From Calcarisporiella thermophila CBS 279.70 (Eukaryota; Fungi; Calcarisporiellomycota): 64,000 bases of DNA. The number at the start of each line of letters is the position of its first letter. Position 1 is the first letter of the stretch. The DNA is taken from contig NW_027192208.1 of the NCBI RefSeq assembly GCF_041956535.1, forward strand, positions 273,036 through 337,035, given 5' to 3'. Position numbers and translations under genes: made by a program. Under the pieces are notes generated by a model that was not told the origin of the DNA, did not search any database, and worked only from the letters and a program-made list of their open reading frames with translations. Of the stretch, positions 38,416 to 51,916 are shown piece after piece.

Positions 38416-38688
38416 ATGACAACTATGAATCGCGGTCTAATTGTGAACGCGAGGGGATACTCGACTGGATCGCGGCACATGGGCTTCTGGAAGCAGTTCG
38501 GAAGGCCGCTCGCTAAGATCGCAGTGCTCTCAACTGGTGTCATGCTTGGTTTGCAAGTGCTGTGGTACAATCTCGATTATGCTGAGCAACGAAAAGAGAT
38601 GGAAGCAAAAGATCAAAAACTTAGAGGGAGAGTGATCGAGCTCATGTCTCAAAGGGCGTCATCCAAAGAAAAAAATTCAAATGCTTAA
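38416..38688 (+). CDS. Small single-TM mitochondrial protein, possibly Ina17-like (ATP synthase assembly)
   Basis: Presequence-like N-terminus (ARGYST), FGRPLAK preceding a TM helix, then a coiled coil. Family assignment is tentative. Confidence 0.6.
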   Translation: MTTMNRGLIVNARGYSTGSRHMGFWKQFGRPLAKIAVLSTGVMLGLQVLWYNLDYAEQRKEMEAKDQKLRGRVIELMSQRASSKEKNSNA

Positions 38689-39964
38689 CAGTATATTAGG
38701 GACAAACTGCTACCTTGGAGGCTTCTATATAATCATAAGCAAGAGCATTCATGTATTATAGAGATTAAATAGAGCCTAAAGGATTTTTCCCACATTAATC
38801 TAGTTTTATTTTCTACCGAATGGATTCCTACATATTCCTATATATTTTCTATGTATATTCGAGCGATGTCCCCACCATCATTTTTTAATCAAAAATCAAT
38901 TATTAAATTTCTTTGAATGGTATTTCAAAATATAAGCAAAAAGAATAAGAAATTGAGCAAATTTAGAAAATACACACGAAGTACATAATTAATAGTCTTC
39001 TAATGAAACATCATTCATTCTGTGCCGGGGGTTTACCACAAGGTTGTACCATTTTCTAATGAGCATAAATTATTAAATTAGTGTCAAACTTCTTAAAACC
39101 CACATTGAATTTACCTCGATCATATTGAACTTCATCCTTCCAATACTCTCATTTTCAGCAACTGAAAAGTAGGATATAAGGTGATGATGGCCGACATATG
39201 AGGCATAAGTATCGCGTTGTTGATTGAGCGCCCATTCACTAGCAAATAAAACTTGAAATTAGAGAAATACTTGAGAGTGGAAGTAGCTATAGATGCTTAC
39301 AATTTTGTCGTGTCAGAATGCCCAGTGCCGACGTATTTTGATTGCACTATATGTTAAAACAATACAATTAAGCGGGCATATCCAAAAGAATGTATAATGA
39401 CAATATCATTAGATATTTTGACGATTAACTTACGATGCTCCAATTGGCTGTTAATATTAAATCGATCCTAAAAATGTTGGAACAAATAACCTGTTAGCAG
39501 GCTGCTACAATAGATCAACACAAATCTCATCGGTATTTACCATAATGCTCGTTGCTTCAGTAACTCACAAGTAGATTTAAAAAAAAAATAGAAAACTGTA
39601 CTGTCAATACTGATTTTAAAATGATTTACAGTGCTCTATTTGTGACTGCTATTGGAACCCCCCATTCTGTTTGGATCGTGCTAATCAGAGTAAATAAAGT
39701 AATATAATACTGAAGAGCAATCGAGTGGAACTAGGGTGGATTTGAGAATAATTTTGCTTTCGCTAATAGCTTTAATTAAATGAGAATCATTTCATCAAAG
39801 TCCCTTTACGCCTCTGTTTGTGCTTTGATACTTAGCACTTCAAGCTCTACTTGTGCGTCATAGTTTTAAATATTTTTGTAATAGAAAACATAGCGAGTAT
39901 CTTTATAAGAGTCTGCATTTATTATTTCCCTTTCAATATATCATAAAGAAAGTGGCACATTCGA

Positions 39965-41284
39965 TTACTGACGTGCTGGAAACACATTCTGCGGGAATCG
40001 AGAGATAACGTTTCCTAGATGAGCAAAAGGCGTAAAGTAACAAACTTTCCAAATTTATAGAAGAAGTCCCATATACCTGCAGGCTCATATTCACAGACAT
40101 ACATCTTACGGCCGCGACAATTAGCTTCTGCGCATCCAACTTGCCTCGTACCTAGAGGAAGTGCATCAGTTTTCGGCACTTTGTAGAAGCAGAGGAACAC
40201 ATCTTGGTATATTACCTTTCCATACAATTTGCGTAAAGTGGCCCGTGGCAGCGGAAAACCCCTAAAGAAAATGTATTAAACATTGCAGTTATGAAGTGAA
40301 GGATATAGATAATATTTACAGGTCGATCGAAGCGATACTGGCTAACTTCATTATACCAGGAGTTGATAGCGGCGCCCATGCTAGAATGTCCAAGGGCCAA
40401 GTTTTCGCCTAATAGTCAAAATACTTGTCAGAAAAACCAAAGCAAAGAGAGGGCTCATAAATGTTTTTCTTTCACTTACCAAAACCACTTCTGCTATGTT
40501 CAAACACGCAGCGGTTGGCCCAATTCTGGGCAAAAGATGCCGCACGATCACTCCAGGTGAGAGCTGCGGAACCATGGCGGGCACGGAAGTTATTATGAGT
40601 ATTGAGGACAACGTCTTTCAGACTATTGTTTGCACCGCTATTGTTATTGTTATTAATGTTGCCATTGTTATTGTTGTTGCTGCTTCCATTGCCATTGTTT
40701 AAATTACTGCCGCTACCGTTGTTGTTCACAGGGGGCCGACTGGGAATTGGGCGCTGATTCCCGTTATTGGGGCGCTTATTTCCAGAGTTGGGACGCTTGT
40801 TACCAGTATTAGGACGCTTGTTTCCAGAATTAGGACGCTTATTTCCAGTATTGGGACGCTTGTTCCCCGTCCCGTTTTTACGATTACTCACGGGGGGTGT
40901 AATCGGGGAAGGGCTCTTTTTCGGGCTCGTAACAGTGCTGCCTTTAGTGTTAGTGGCGGTCTGATCGTTTTTCACGACGCGATTGGCGGCCGGCGCCCGT
41001 TTCTTGGGAGTGAAGTCGAACTGATGCAGGAAGCGGCTGCCCTTGTAGATATAGATGTGATACGTATCCTCGCCGTCGCGCTTCTCCAAGTCCGCGGCGG
41101 CGTTCTGCAGGAATTCATTAAGATCATCTCCCTGCCAGGGGAGAAAGCCTTCACTCTCAAGCATGCCTTGATCATTCAGTGGGGCAGCAATCGTCGAGGT
41201 TCTGTTCTCTCCCATCGCACCGGGCGAAAGGATGCCAAGCAAGAAGGTCGTAACGAAAAATGAATAGGAGACTACTTTGAACAT
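39965..41284 (-). CDS. Secreted CAP/SCP (PRY/PR-1-like) protein with a long Asn-rich repeat N-terminal region, 5 exons
   Basis: Signal peptide; LNTHNNFRARHG..LTWS, FEHS, GENLA, WYNEV, GHFTQIVWKG, QVGCA, YVCEYEPAGNV. Confidence 0.92.
40746..40867. repeat. 21-nt tandem repeat encoding GN(K/Q)RPN(T/S/N), about 6 copies, inside the CAP gene
   Basis: GNKRPNT-GNKRPNS-GNKRPNT-GNKRPNS-GNKRPNN-GNQRP read in the minus-strand ORF. Confidence 0.9.
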
Positions 41285-41819
41285 ATTTGCACGCTCGAGA
41301 TTAATAAGGTATTCGAGGGGAAAAGGATTCTTAGAGAGGCGACAGTGAATCGGGAGAAGGCAAACTGAGCTGAACCAGCCAACTTCAGTGGAGAGGAAGG
41401 GAGAGGAAATGAAGGGAAAGGGAGGAGCGCGAAGTCGACAGAAGACGCAATTAAAGTATTGAGGTGGAAAAACAAAAGCTGGAACGCAGAGCGGCCTTTG
41501 GAGTAGGACTTATATGTCCGGTTTGCTGAGTTCTCACCCGCTTGTGTGAAGAAACTCGGAACCTATCTCTGGAATAAGCATCACTTGAGATTTAATGCAC
41601 TGAACAAATTTCAAGCATTTTGGAATATGAATTTGGCCGCGAAAGGTGCCTCCTCTGTGAGGGTGTGCTGTGTAACCGGGTTCTTGGGGATCCCAATTCG
41701 CACCAACAGCATCAAATGAACCGGCCAATCGTGGGCGGTGTATTTAATTGAGATGGTTGACAAGGAGGAACTTTCCAAAATAGGAGAAAATAGCAAAACA
41801 AGAGAAATTCAACACTAGT

Positions 41820-44800
41820 TTATTCTGAGTAAATCGTATTGATGGATTCGAGCCGTCGTACCTTCCATCCACCCTCCTCATCCATTTGTTGATCCTGTTC
41901 CCCAATCACTGCTACAGCATGGTTCCCCTCGAGTTCTTGCAGGCCTAGATACCGCCCGGCAGCCTCCTTAACATCATCCTCCGTCACGCTTAATAGGGCT
42001 TCTCGACGACGCTGGCGCATTTCGTCCGACACGCCATCCGCGAAGCTGAACATACCCTCCTCGGACACACTCTGAGGGGCGTCCACGCTCTGGAAGATAG
42101 AGAGTTTGGCTTCCGTCAACTCCTATTACATTCAAGGTATAATTATTGGGAGGTTTGGGAAGGTGAGTCAAAGCACGTGGACAAACCTGTTCGCTGAACT
42201 TATTTCGTTGAATCCAATCAATAGCACGAGAGAAGGTCTCAAGTGTAGCCAAGTTCTGCGGGTCTCTGTAGGAGTAGAAAGAGAACAGTCCATTCAGCCC
42301 AGCGTAACGAGCCCCGCCGCCATAGGCACCATTCTTCTCGCGTATTTCTTTATGCAAGAAGTGCTGTGTCATGAGAGAGGCCAGGACCTGGAGAGTTTGG
42401 TACCAAAAATTAAAATAGATAAGCAAATTGTGTACAGATTTCTCCCCAAGGATAATGTAACGGGAAAGTGTACCTGGAGCTTAGCTCCGTCTGCGTGTGT
42501 ATATGGTACAGCGCGGAAGCATTTCGATGTGTAGTTGACTGAAAATGGCATAGGGAACACGGATTTACCGAAATGAGGAGTGAATTTAGTCTGCGCCAAG
42601 AAGAGTGAGCCAAAGCAGTCAAGAACAAAGATGACAAACACAAGCAACATCTCCCCACAACTTACCTCATTTGTGTTCGCAGCAATACCACCCTCAGGAA
42701 GACTACGAACAAATTTGGACAGCCCTTGTTCATTAGCAGAGATGCTTTCCTCTCCACAGGTGATGGCCACTCGAAGGGCGTGACGCTTCAATACCAGAGT
42801 GGCAATCGTCTGTAATAGATAGAAAAAGCAGAGACATCAAATAAGCGAATAAGCATCGATTTTGAAACCTCAATACTCACCTTCAATTTTTCTACCACTT
42901 CGCTAAGGTCGTCCATTGCTGCCAACCTGTTCATAAATTCAACTTGCGTCATACCATTGAAAAGTTCAGCCGTATGCTACAACCATTTAAAATATCATCA
43001 TCAGTTTGCATTCAATAGCAAATATAGAAATAAGGAAACGGACCATTCCAGGTGTCAGGGTCGAAGAGGCGTAAGTGCGCGCAAACAAATGTCCCGAGTC
43101 AGCAATGGAAGTTGCAAGATTCGAAGCAGTCTAGATTAAAGATAAGAAAAAAAAAAACATTAGACAGAGGTTTGAGAAAGGGAGATGAGAATAACTAGTC
43201 ACCCCGAGGATCAGAGTGCGAAGGCGCTCCACATTTTCAAAGTTGGTCTGGTGGATTAAAGTTTCCGTCAACTCGTACATTTTGTCGATATTCCGGTCTA
43301 AACAGTTTGAAGTCAACACGATTCCTTCTTCAACCTGGTCGAGATCTAATTACAAAAGTTTTACATTAGCACTTGAGAGGGTGGAGGAATTGGTTCCCTA
43401 GTAGCTACCGGAGTGATTTGTCGACAAGAAAGTGGATGCACGAATCCCTCCAGTATAAAGCCGAATATCATCGTCTATTTCCGCCATAGAGCGGTCTTTA
43501 GTGCCAAGCGACGTGAGGGCCTAGAGGATATGGGAATCGAAACGTGAAATGTGCCATCTATTGAATAGACTGAAAAATAGAGTACTCACATCGCAAAACA
43601 AAGGCAAATACATTTTCAGTTCGGCAGGTAAATCACTGATGGTATTGATAGTACGGAAGTATGTCAACCCATTAGTCGAGGTCGTCCTCCATTGGACTGG
43701 GGTGTCTTCTATGCCCGCGTGCTCTAGAGCGAAGCGTTCTGTCTTTTTAGAAATGTCATTCAACTGGAGGGTCGGCAGACAATTCAGGTCCTCCTTCTTC
43801 TCCTGGTTTTCCAGGAGTTTAATGCCCTTCTGGTAGATGTCACCTTTGTCGTTCTCGGTTAGTTTAGCAAGTTTAGCGCTAAGTCGCTTGTTTTCCTCTT
43901 CGGCTAACTGAGCCGAGTAAGTGTCGGAGGGCAACATCGTGAAGGAGAGCCTATGTGAATTACCAATCAGGTATTTCTTGATAAGCGATTCGAAATACCC
44001 CCCTTTTTCGATTTCCCCTCGCAACCTATTGATGTTCTGTAGGAAACACAATATGTGTCAAGTAATTGGCCATGATTTGTATAAGTCATTATATAAATAC
44101 CTTGTTGATTTCCAGCAACTCGATCGGGTTAGAGCCATTAAACCATCCTGATGCGACCCCTTGAAGGATAGAGAGCCCAAAATCGGCCGTTTTCTAGAAA
44201 CGAGCGGAGAAATAAGAGAGATAATGGCTGGATAAGAAAACAAACTCTTCCTACATGTTTCACACCCATTTCCATTCGATGAATTGCAGCTTCAATTCGT
44301 TTAGGGTCAAATCCCTCTTGACTGGTCTTTTCAAGAGTTGAATAAATGGCCTGCTCGATAGCTGGGATATCTTCAGCTTTTGCACCTTGAACCCCAAAGG
44401 AAAAAGAGCTAATACTAAAGGGCCAAAATTCAAAACCGACCTTAGAAAAATTCAAATAACAGGCAAAAGCTTACTTTGTTGATGCATCGTATCCTGTATT
44501 GGGGGAGAAATCAGATCCAAGATTCGTTTCTATCAATGCCTTATAAAAGGGGGATGAATGCCCGTTGTGAAGTAGGCTTGAGAGAACGCGCATTGAGAAT
44601 GTTTCGAAAACATCCTACCGGATCACAAGAATATTCATAAGAAAATGGAATGGAGTCTGGCAAACAATCCCGAAAATACCTTCACATCGTTTGTCAAGTA
44701 CGAAATAGAGTATTTCGCCTGCCTTTCCGGATTTGCGACTACTCGCCAACAGCAAAAAAAAAATTATGAAAAAAAGTCAGCTAAAAGGAGAAAATATATC

Positions 44801-46142
44801 TAGCCTATCAAACCTGGGTCGGGAGGGCATGGAAGACTAACGCTCACGGGTGAAGTAAAGCGTTGGACTGAGGAATTAACTTTAGGAATATCAGCTCGAT
44901 CGAACTCTTGGATTTTCAAGTTGATGGTATTCAAGTGATCTTCAAGCGGAATAGTTCCTAAAAAAAATTAAGAAAACATGATTGTATATCAAGGCCATAA
45001 TTCAACAATGGAGTAAATCTATGCACCATAGGTGAAAAACTTTGCATTGCTTGGATGGTAGTGGGTACGGTGGAAATTGACCAAATTCTGGTGCGTAAGG
45101 TCAGTGATGGACTGAGGATCACCGCCGCTACAATTCGCGTAGATAGTCCCGGGGAACATGTGCTGCTGGGCGCGGATGTAAAATAAATAACTCGGGTCGG
45201 ACTAGAGAATGATAGAGATAGAGTGTAAACGGTCAGCAAATTAAGGGGCCTATATTGGCATCGACAAGTATACCATTTGTCCTTTCATTTCATTATAAAC
45301 CACCCCCTTAAAAGTGATAGGGGACAATTTGTCTGTAAAAAAATGAAAGTGCATTAATTATAAATGAAATAAGAGTTCGAGATTCGACTATACCCCGTGG
45401 GTTTGAATGTTCCAGTCTCCAGCCTTCCTGCATAAAATCTAGCTCATGCAATAGAGGGTTGAAAACAGCATCCATGTACACATTGCGTAGATTAGAGAAA
45501 TCAGCAAGGTTTGTCGTGGCAAATGGGTAGTAGGTATAGTCGAAAGCTGGAAGAGAAACAGGTTAGGAGAGAGATGAATTTGAACGAAATATATTTTACT
45601 CACCAGTGAATGCATTCATGAAATTGGACAGACTTCGGTTAAGCATTTTGAAGAATGGATCTCGGACTGGATATCTCCGGCTCCCACACAGTACAGTGTG
45701 CTCCTAATATTATGAAAGTGCATAAATAGAGGGCAATGGGCTTAAAACAAAGCATCAAGGCACTCACAAGAATATGGGGTAGACCGGTGTTATCCTTAGG
45801 GGGAGTTTTGAATCCCACGCCGAAAACATTATTTTTGTCATCGCGAGCAATATGTAAATGCTCAGCACCAGTGCGAACATGTCGTGAATGGATTACATCC
45901 AATTCTAGCTCGGGGATTCGACTCACTTGATGAATCTGAAAACCGTGCAAGTTGTCTCCAGGCTTCACTGTGACTTTTAATCAGGAAAACAATAAGGGAG
46001 TGGGCGGTGGATTCAAATGTAAGAAATGATACCAACCCTGTGGTTTTGTACTGTATGCATGGGAACGATAGCATCGTGAACGCAACAAAACGGGTAAGAT
46101 ATGCTTTTTGTTGTGTACATTATGCAAAAGTTGAGAGGACAT
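41820..46142 (-). CDS. CYM1: Mitochondrial presequence protease (M16C, Cym1/PITRM1), many exons
   Basis: [17 protein letters not shown], inverted zincin [73 protein letters not shown]. Confidence 0.95.
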
Positions 46143-46285
46143 CACTGAATTCTAGGTGAATTCTTGGCAGGGCCAGCTTGGTAGGGGGCGAGCGAAGGAG
46201 AGGAACAAGAGACGCGATGTGACTACTTTTCTGTATAAATTCGAAAATATACAACAGCATTGTTAAGAAATAGAATGAATTAACC

Positions 46286-47537
46286 ATGTCAAGATCGTTG
46301 CATCGCTACTCAAGCCTCCCGTCGGCCATCCGGTCCCAAACATCGCCAAAAATTCACCGTCTACAGCCTTCCTTTAATGCCCGTCTACTCTCTTCTGCAC
46401 CACCAGCGCCAGAGGAACCAGCAAAGCCAAAACCTCCCCCCCGTTTTGGTGTCCCTATAAAGCCAAGCGTTGACGAACGGTCAGTATTTGAACGTGTTCG
46501 AAGTCGAATTACAGAGCCATATACACGCGAGAAGAACCTAGAAACACGGGAATATTTGTGAGTCTTTATTTGAAATAGACGATTTGAGGTTTACTAATGC
46601 AGCATACCATCTCCCAGAATGAAAAAACTCGATGAATCCTATTTTAAGGATATAACAGGTGAATCTCGACTTTCCCATGATTTGGCAGGTCGACCCATAT
46701 GCGAACTATTTTAAATGTCATTCGATATTATAGAACTTCGCAAACATGGAGGCAAGATGTGGGAAGCTCAGACGAAACTTATCCGCGCCGAGGTAATTAT
46801 ATTAGCAAAGCGAATCCTTCACATGTTCTAACAAGATGTCAAAACGCCTTTTAGAAAGCACTCTATATGCCGAACATCAAAGGAACCTCTCTCGATAAGC
46901 GACAGACGAACTTGGTTGATTTAATAAGCGGAAAAACGTCACTGGTTGCGTTTAGCTTCGTCCAGCATGGAAGCGTAAGATTTCAAAATAAGTCTATAGA
47001 AAAGCCGCTGCTGTAGCTATTAATGCATATCATTTCGCTTCATTTAGGATCAACTCAAATCATTTATCGAACCATTTGTAAAGGAGTTCAGGGGGAAACA
47101 GAACATCGAGCTGGTCGAGGTAGCCGCTGCATCATTTCAGCTATAAGAAGAGCAGACATTCTAATCCCTCTAACGCATCTTTAGCTAAATATACAGGAGA
47201 ATCCCCTTAAATCGATGCTTGTACGGCTATTAATCCCAAACATTAGACATAACATCCCCACAGATAGACATGTAAATGCCACACTGGACTTCTACTCACG
47301 TGAGAGAGTGTTAAATTTTTATTTTGCTAGTCCAATTATATCATACACTACGGGAATATCGAACGATTACGCGATGCTCTTGGAATGACCAACACTCTCC
47401 TTGGGTACGTGTTTCTCGTTGACAACGAGTGCAGGATTCGATGGGCGGCGCACGGAATTGCGACGGAGCAGGAGTTGCAGAGTATGCGACTGATGACCCG
47501 TGCCCTCCATGATCGCAATACAAAAAAAGGCACATAA
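46286..47537 (+). CDS. ATP10: Mitochondrial ATPase complex assembly factor Atp10, multi-exon
   Basis: EKNLETREYL, GGKMWEA..LIRAEKALYMPN, LNIQENPLK, LGMTNTLLGYVFLVDNECRIRWAAHG. Confidence 0.92.
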
Positions 47538-47783
47538 AAGGAGAGAAGGCGCAGCAATTTCTTTTTTTCGTGTTCCAATCTTTTTCTCTTGTGTTCTCAT
47601 ATTGCCCTCATCTTCGAATTGGAATTCGAGGAATAATAAAGGGGAGAATTACCTTTGCTTTATGATTACTCAAACCGCCATTGCTATTCCAAACTCTATC
47701 GCCACTTTTGGTATTGCTCTCGAATCATCGGCCTTTCCCTGAATCGCTTTAATTAATACGTGCCAGGAAATTCTACCGCGAAG

Positions 47784-50700
47784 ATGAGCTCGGCTTTTGG
47801 CGACATCCGGTACAGAAAGACAGGGTACTCGCTTGTTGATCCTGTCTCGGATCCCATTCAGCATGAGGACGACAGCATCAAGGAGAAGCGGCGGTCTACC
47901 CCCAGCGGGTTTCTGGGGTTGAATGGAGCAAGTACAGAACGCAGCGAGAGCAAATATGGCAAGATGCGCGTATCAGAAAAGACGACCCACGCCCAACAAT
48001 GGAAGATTATAGCCGGAATTCTGGTCATTGCGCTCTTTGTGAGACTCTATTGGATCAGTCACCCAGAATCGGTCGTGTAAATTTTTTTGTCGGATTAGTG
48101 CATAGGAATCGGTGTATGTAATGATATTCTTTCTACAATCCTAGCTTCGATGAAGTGCATTTTGGCGGGTTTGCGTCAAAGTATATCAAGGCAAGATTCT
48201 TCATGGATGTTCATCCGCCGGTGAGTTATATGCCTGCCTCCTTTTTTTTTTGCTCGTCGCAGGCCCTGAACTCCTCACTTACCTCTGTTGAATTAGCTCG
48301 CGAAGCTACTCATTGCGGCTGTAGCCAAAATTGCCGGTTTTGATGGAAACTTTGACTTTAAGGAGATTGGACTGTAATTATAATCCTATACAATACTTCT
48401 AATGACCCGTGTAACAAATCGCTTTATTAGGGATTATCTGGAGCCCAAGGTGCCCTATGTTGCGATCCGCCTATTACCGGCAGTGATGGGCGTTGCCTTA
48501 GTACCAATCGCATATCTGACCATAAAATATTCGGGCCATTCCACCGCCGCTGCGATGCTCGCCGCATTGTTGGTCACCTTTGGTAAGGATTTATCAGTAT
48601 ATCGTCGCTGCACAACCGCGTTTATGCTAATGAATCATTTCATAAAAAGAAAATGCACTCACTACCCAGAGCAGGCTCATTCTTTTGGATTCCCCATTAA
48701 TATTCTTTACCGGCGCAACCATACTAATGTGGGTGAATTGGTTTAACCAGCATCATCGGTGAGCCACGTTTGAATTTTATTCCCAAATCGAACTCTTATT
48801 AATCTATTCCTTGCTCTAGGCCATTTACGAAGTTATGGTGGTTCTGGCTTGCGATGACTGGCGTTGGGCTAGGGCTGACCGCCAGGTAGACCTTCTAAAG
48901 ATCTGTTTTTTTCTCCTCCACCCCTTAATCATTCATCTGTTTTAGTTGTAAATGGGTTGGGCTGTTCACCATCGCCACTATCGGTGTTTCAACCATTAAA
49001 AATCTCTGGGAACTGTGGGGTGATCTGAAAATTGAAATGGTATGGTGACAGATTCTCTGCCCTTCTTTATTGCCGGATATACCCCTAACGCTCTTTACTT
49101 TTTAGCCCGTTTTTATTAAACATTTTATCGCACGGGCCATATGTCTAATCATTATCCCTATTATCGTATACATGTTAATGTTCGCCATTCATTTCCATGT
49201 GCTACCGAACAGCGGCGACGGAGATGGCTTTATGAGCTCCGAGTTCCAGCAAACACTCGCGGGACATCATTTGGAGCCCCAGCCTATTGGTAATTTGCCT
49301 ATACCGGAGGAACACGTCCCTAGACCCCACTCATCTTTGAATTCTGCATAGACATTGCCTACGGATCCAAATTGAACATCCGGCATCTTAATACGCACGG
49401 AGGCTATTTGCACTCCCACTCGCACAACTACCCAGGGGGCAGCAAACGTAGCTATACAAGTCCATTTTCCAATATAAAAACCCTGACTCACTCCCCCTCT
49501 TTTCTTGACAGAGCAACAAATCACTCTTTACCCACATAAAGACGAAAATAATATCTGGGTCATTCATCCCCAAACCACCCCTGCCAAACCGTATAATGAG
49601 AGCGACCTGCAATGGGTGAAGAACGGAGACATCGTTAGGCTCGAGCACATTATGACGAACAAGCGCCTGCATAGCCATGACGTGCGACCCCCCATCACAG
49701 ACGTGGACTACCAAAACGAAGTCAGGTAAGTGACTGAGCGCTAGGGCTCCTTGTGGATTGGGAGACTTACATGACTGACCCTCCTCTCCATAGTGGTTAT
49801 GGCTTTCCAAATTTTGACGGCGACTCGAACGACTTTTGGCGCCTGGAGATCACGGAGCACGACTCTTCGGATCCCACTGCAAAAGATCGGTTGCGCACGA
49901 TCAACAGCAAATTCCGCCTCGTGCACGTGAACCAGGGATGCCACCTCTTCTCGCACCCTGTGAAGCTGCCCGACTGGGGCTTTGAGCAGCAAGAGGTGAC
50001 GTGCATCAAGAGCGGCAAATATGCCAACACGGTCTGGTTTGTTGAGTCGAACGAGCACCCGCTGCGTAAGTCTTCTCTTTCGATCATGCTTGACTCGCAA
50101 TGGATCTAACGTCTCCCCCCCCCCCCCCAGTCCCCCCCCGACTGCTCCCAAGGTCAACTATCGGAAGCCCGGATTCTTCAAGAAATTCATCGAGCTCAAC
50201 AAGGTGATGTGGAACACAAACAAAGGGCTCACAGATTCGCATCCCTATGACTCGCGTCCTCCCTCGTGGCCTGTTCTGCGCCGAGGCATCAGCTTCTGGG
50301 GCAAAAATCAACAGCAGGTTTACCTGCTGGGCAACCCGTTCGTTTGGTGGTGCTCCACGGTGGCCGTCCTTGCCTACTCCATGATCAAGGGGGTCCTGAC
50401 TCTTGTTGAGAAACGAGGGTACAAAAACAACTTCGGCGGTATGACATCGCGTGGATCCGCGCTTTTTGCTCTCCTGCGATCTTTGACGCAGTTAACCTGC
50501 AATTTTATTGTTTAGGCCTGCGCGAATTCTACGACTCCAACGCCGGCTTCTGGTTCGTGGCTTGGTCCCTCCACTACTTCCCCTTCTATCTCATGGCGCG
50601 CCAGCTGTTTCTACATCATTATCTGCCCGCGCTGTACTTCGCCATCTTGCTCTTTTGCGTCGGGTTTGATTTGGCAGTACGTCGCCTCAGCCCGCGCCAG

Positions 50701-51024
50701 CGCCTCGGCGTCACCCTCGCGATTGTCCTGATAGCCGTGCTGGTGTTCCGCCTGTTCTCGCCCATCACCTACGGGCTCTCCTGGACAAGAGCCCAGTGCG
50801 AGCGCACCAAATGGATGAGCACATGGGACTACGACTGCAACAACCTCCCCGAGACGCTTCCGGTAGGGGCGCCAGAAACCACTGCCCCCACCGCGCCCGA
50901 AGTTTCTCCGGCCGGGGATGAGAAAAAGGATGCAGAGGCGGGCGCTAGTCCCGAGGTGAACGCGAAAGCTGGGGACCAGTTCGAAGTGGAGCAAGCTGAG
51001 GCGGACATGGAAGACGTGGATTAA
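47784..51024 (+). CDS. PMT1: Dolichyl-phosphate-mannose:protein O-mannosyltransferase, PMT1 subfamily, multi-exon
   Basis: VVFDEVHFGGFASKY, FMDVHPPLAKL, SRLILLDSPL, CKWVGLFT, SGDGDGFMSSEFQ, MIR domains (LHSHSHNYPGGSKQQQITLYPHKDENN), RQLFLHHYLPALYF. Confidence 0.93.
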
Positions 51025-51462
51025 GGGGGGATAAAATACAGTAATACCTCTTCGTTCTTAGCACGATAAGAGGCGGGGAAATGTGCTTTACCAACCAAAA
51101 TCTTGCCGTAGTGTCGCGTATTCCTTGTGTTTTATTATTTCCTTTCTTTTCTCTCGGTTTTTTTTTTTCGTGTGTCTTTTCTTTCCTTTTCGTCTTTGAT
51201 AATCCTCAAGGTTAAAATGGTTTTATGGGAGGAGCTTTTTTTTTCTCCTTTTATATACATTTTTTTTTAAAAAATATATCTTGCTTCCTAGTGTAAATGT
51301 TATATAATAGATTAACGGAGTGAATAGAAGAGCGAGGTTCACGGAAGAAGAGCATCGTGATGAAGGCTCAGCCCAAGGAGCGAGGCATGCACACAAAAGA
51401 CTATGTTTCTTATTTATTGCATAGGTTGATATTCTATTATAGCGATGGGGTTATATTACAAA

Positions 51463-51772
51463 NNNNNNNNNNNNNNNNNNNNNNNNNNNNNNNNNNNNNN
51501 NNNNNNNNNNNNNNNNNNNNNNNNNNNNNNNNNNNNNNNNNNNNNNNNNNNNNNNNNNNNNNNNNNNNNNNNNNNNNNNNNNNNNNNNNNNNNNNNNNNN
51601 NNNNNNNNNNNNNNNNNNNNNNNNNNNNNNNNNNNNNNNNNNNNNNNNNNNNNNNNNNNNNNNNNNNNNNNNNNNNNNNNNNNNNNNNNNNNNNNNNNNN
51701 NNNNNNNNNNNNNNNNNNNNNNNNNNNNNNNNNNNNNNNNNNNNNNNNNNNNNNNNNNNNNNNNNNNNNNNN
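51463..51772. other. Assembly gap (310 N)
   Basis: Run of N. Confidence 1.
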
Positions 51773-51916
51773 AGTATGAAGGGTTAAAAATAACAATCTA
51801 CAAAAAAAAGTAAAAAAAAAAAATAAAACCCATATACCCGTTCTATGAAATTATATATATATATAAAAAAAAAATAAAATCTAATATATATTATAATATG
51901 ATAATAAACTCAATAT

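Noticed and set aside
39181-39300. GTGATGA box C-like motif (another at 51357)
   Set aside because: No box D (CTGA) at a suitable distance and no terminal stem.
51357-51813. ORFs spanning the N run
   Set aside because: Artefacts of the assembly gap.
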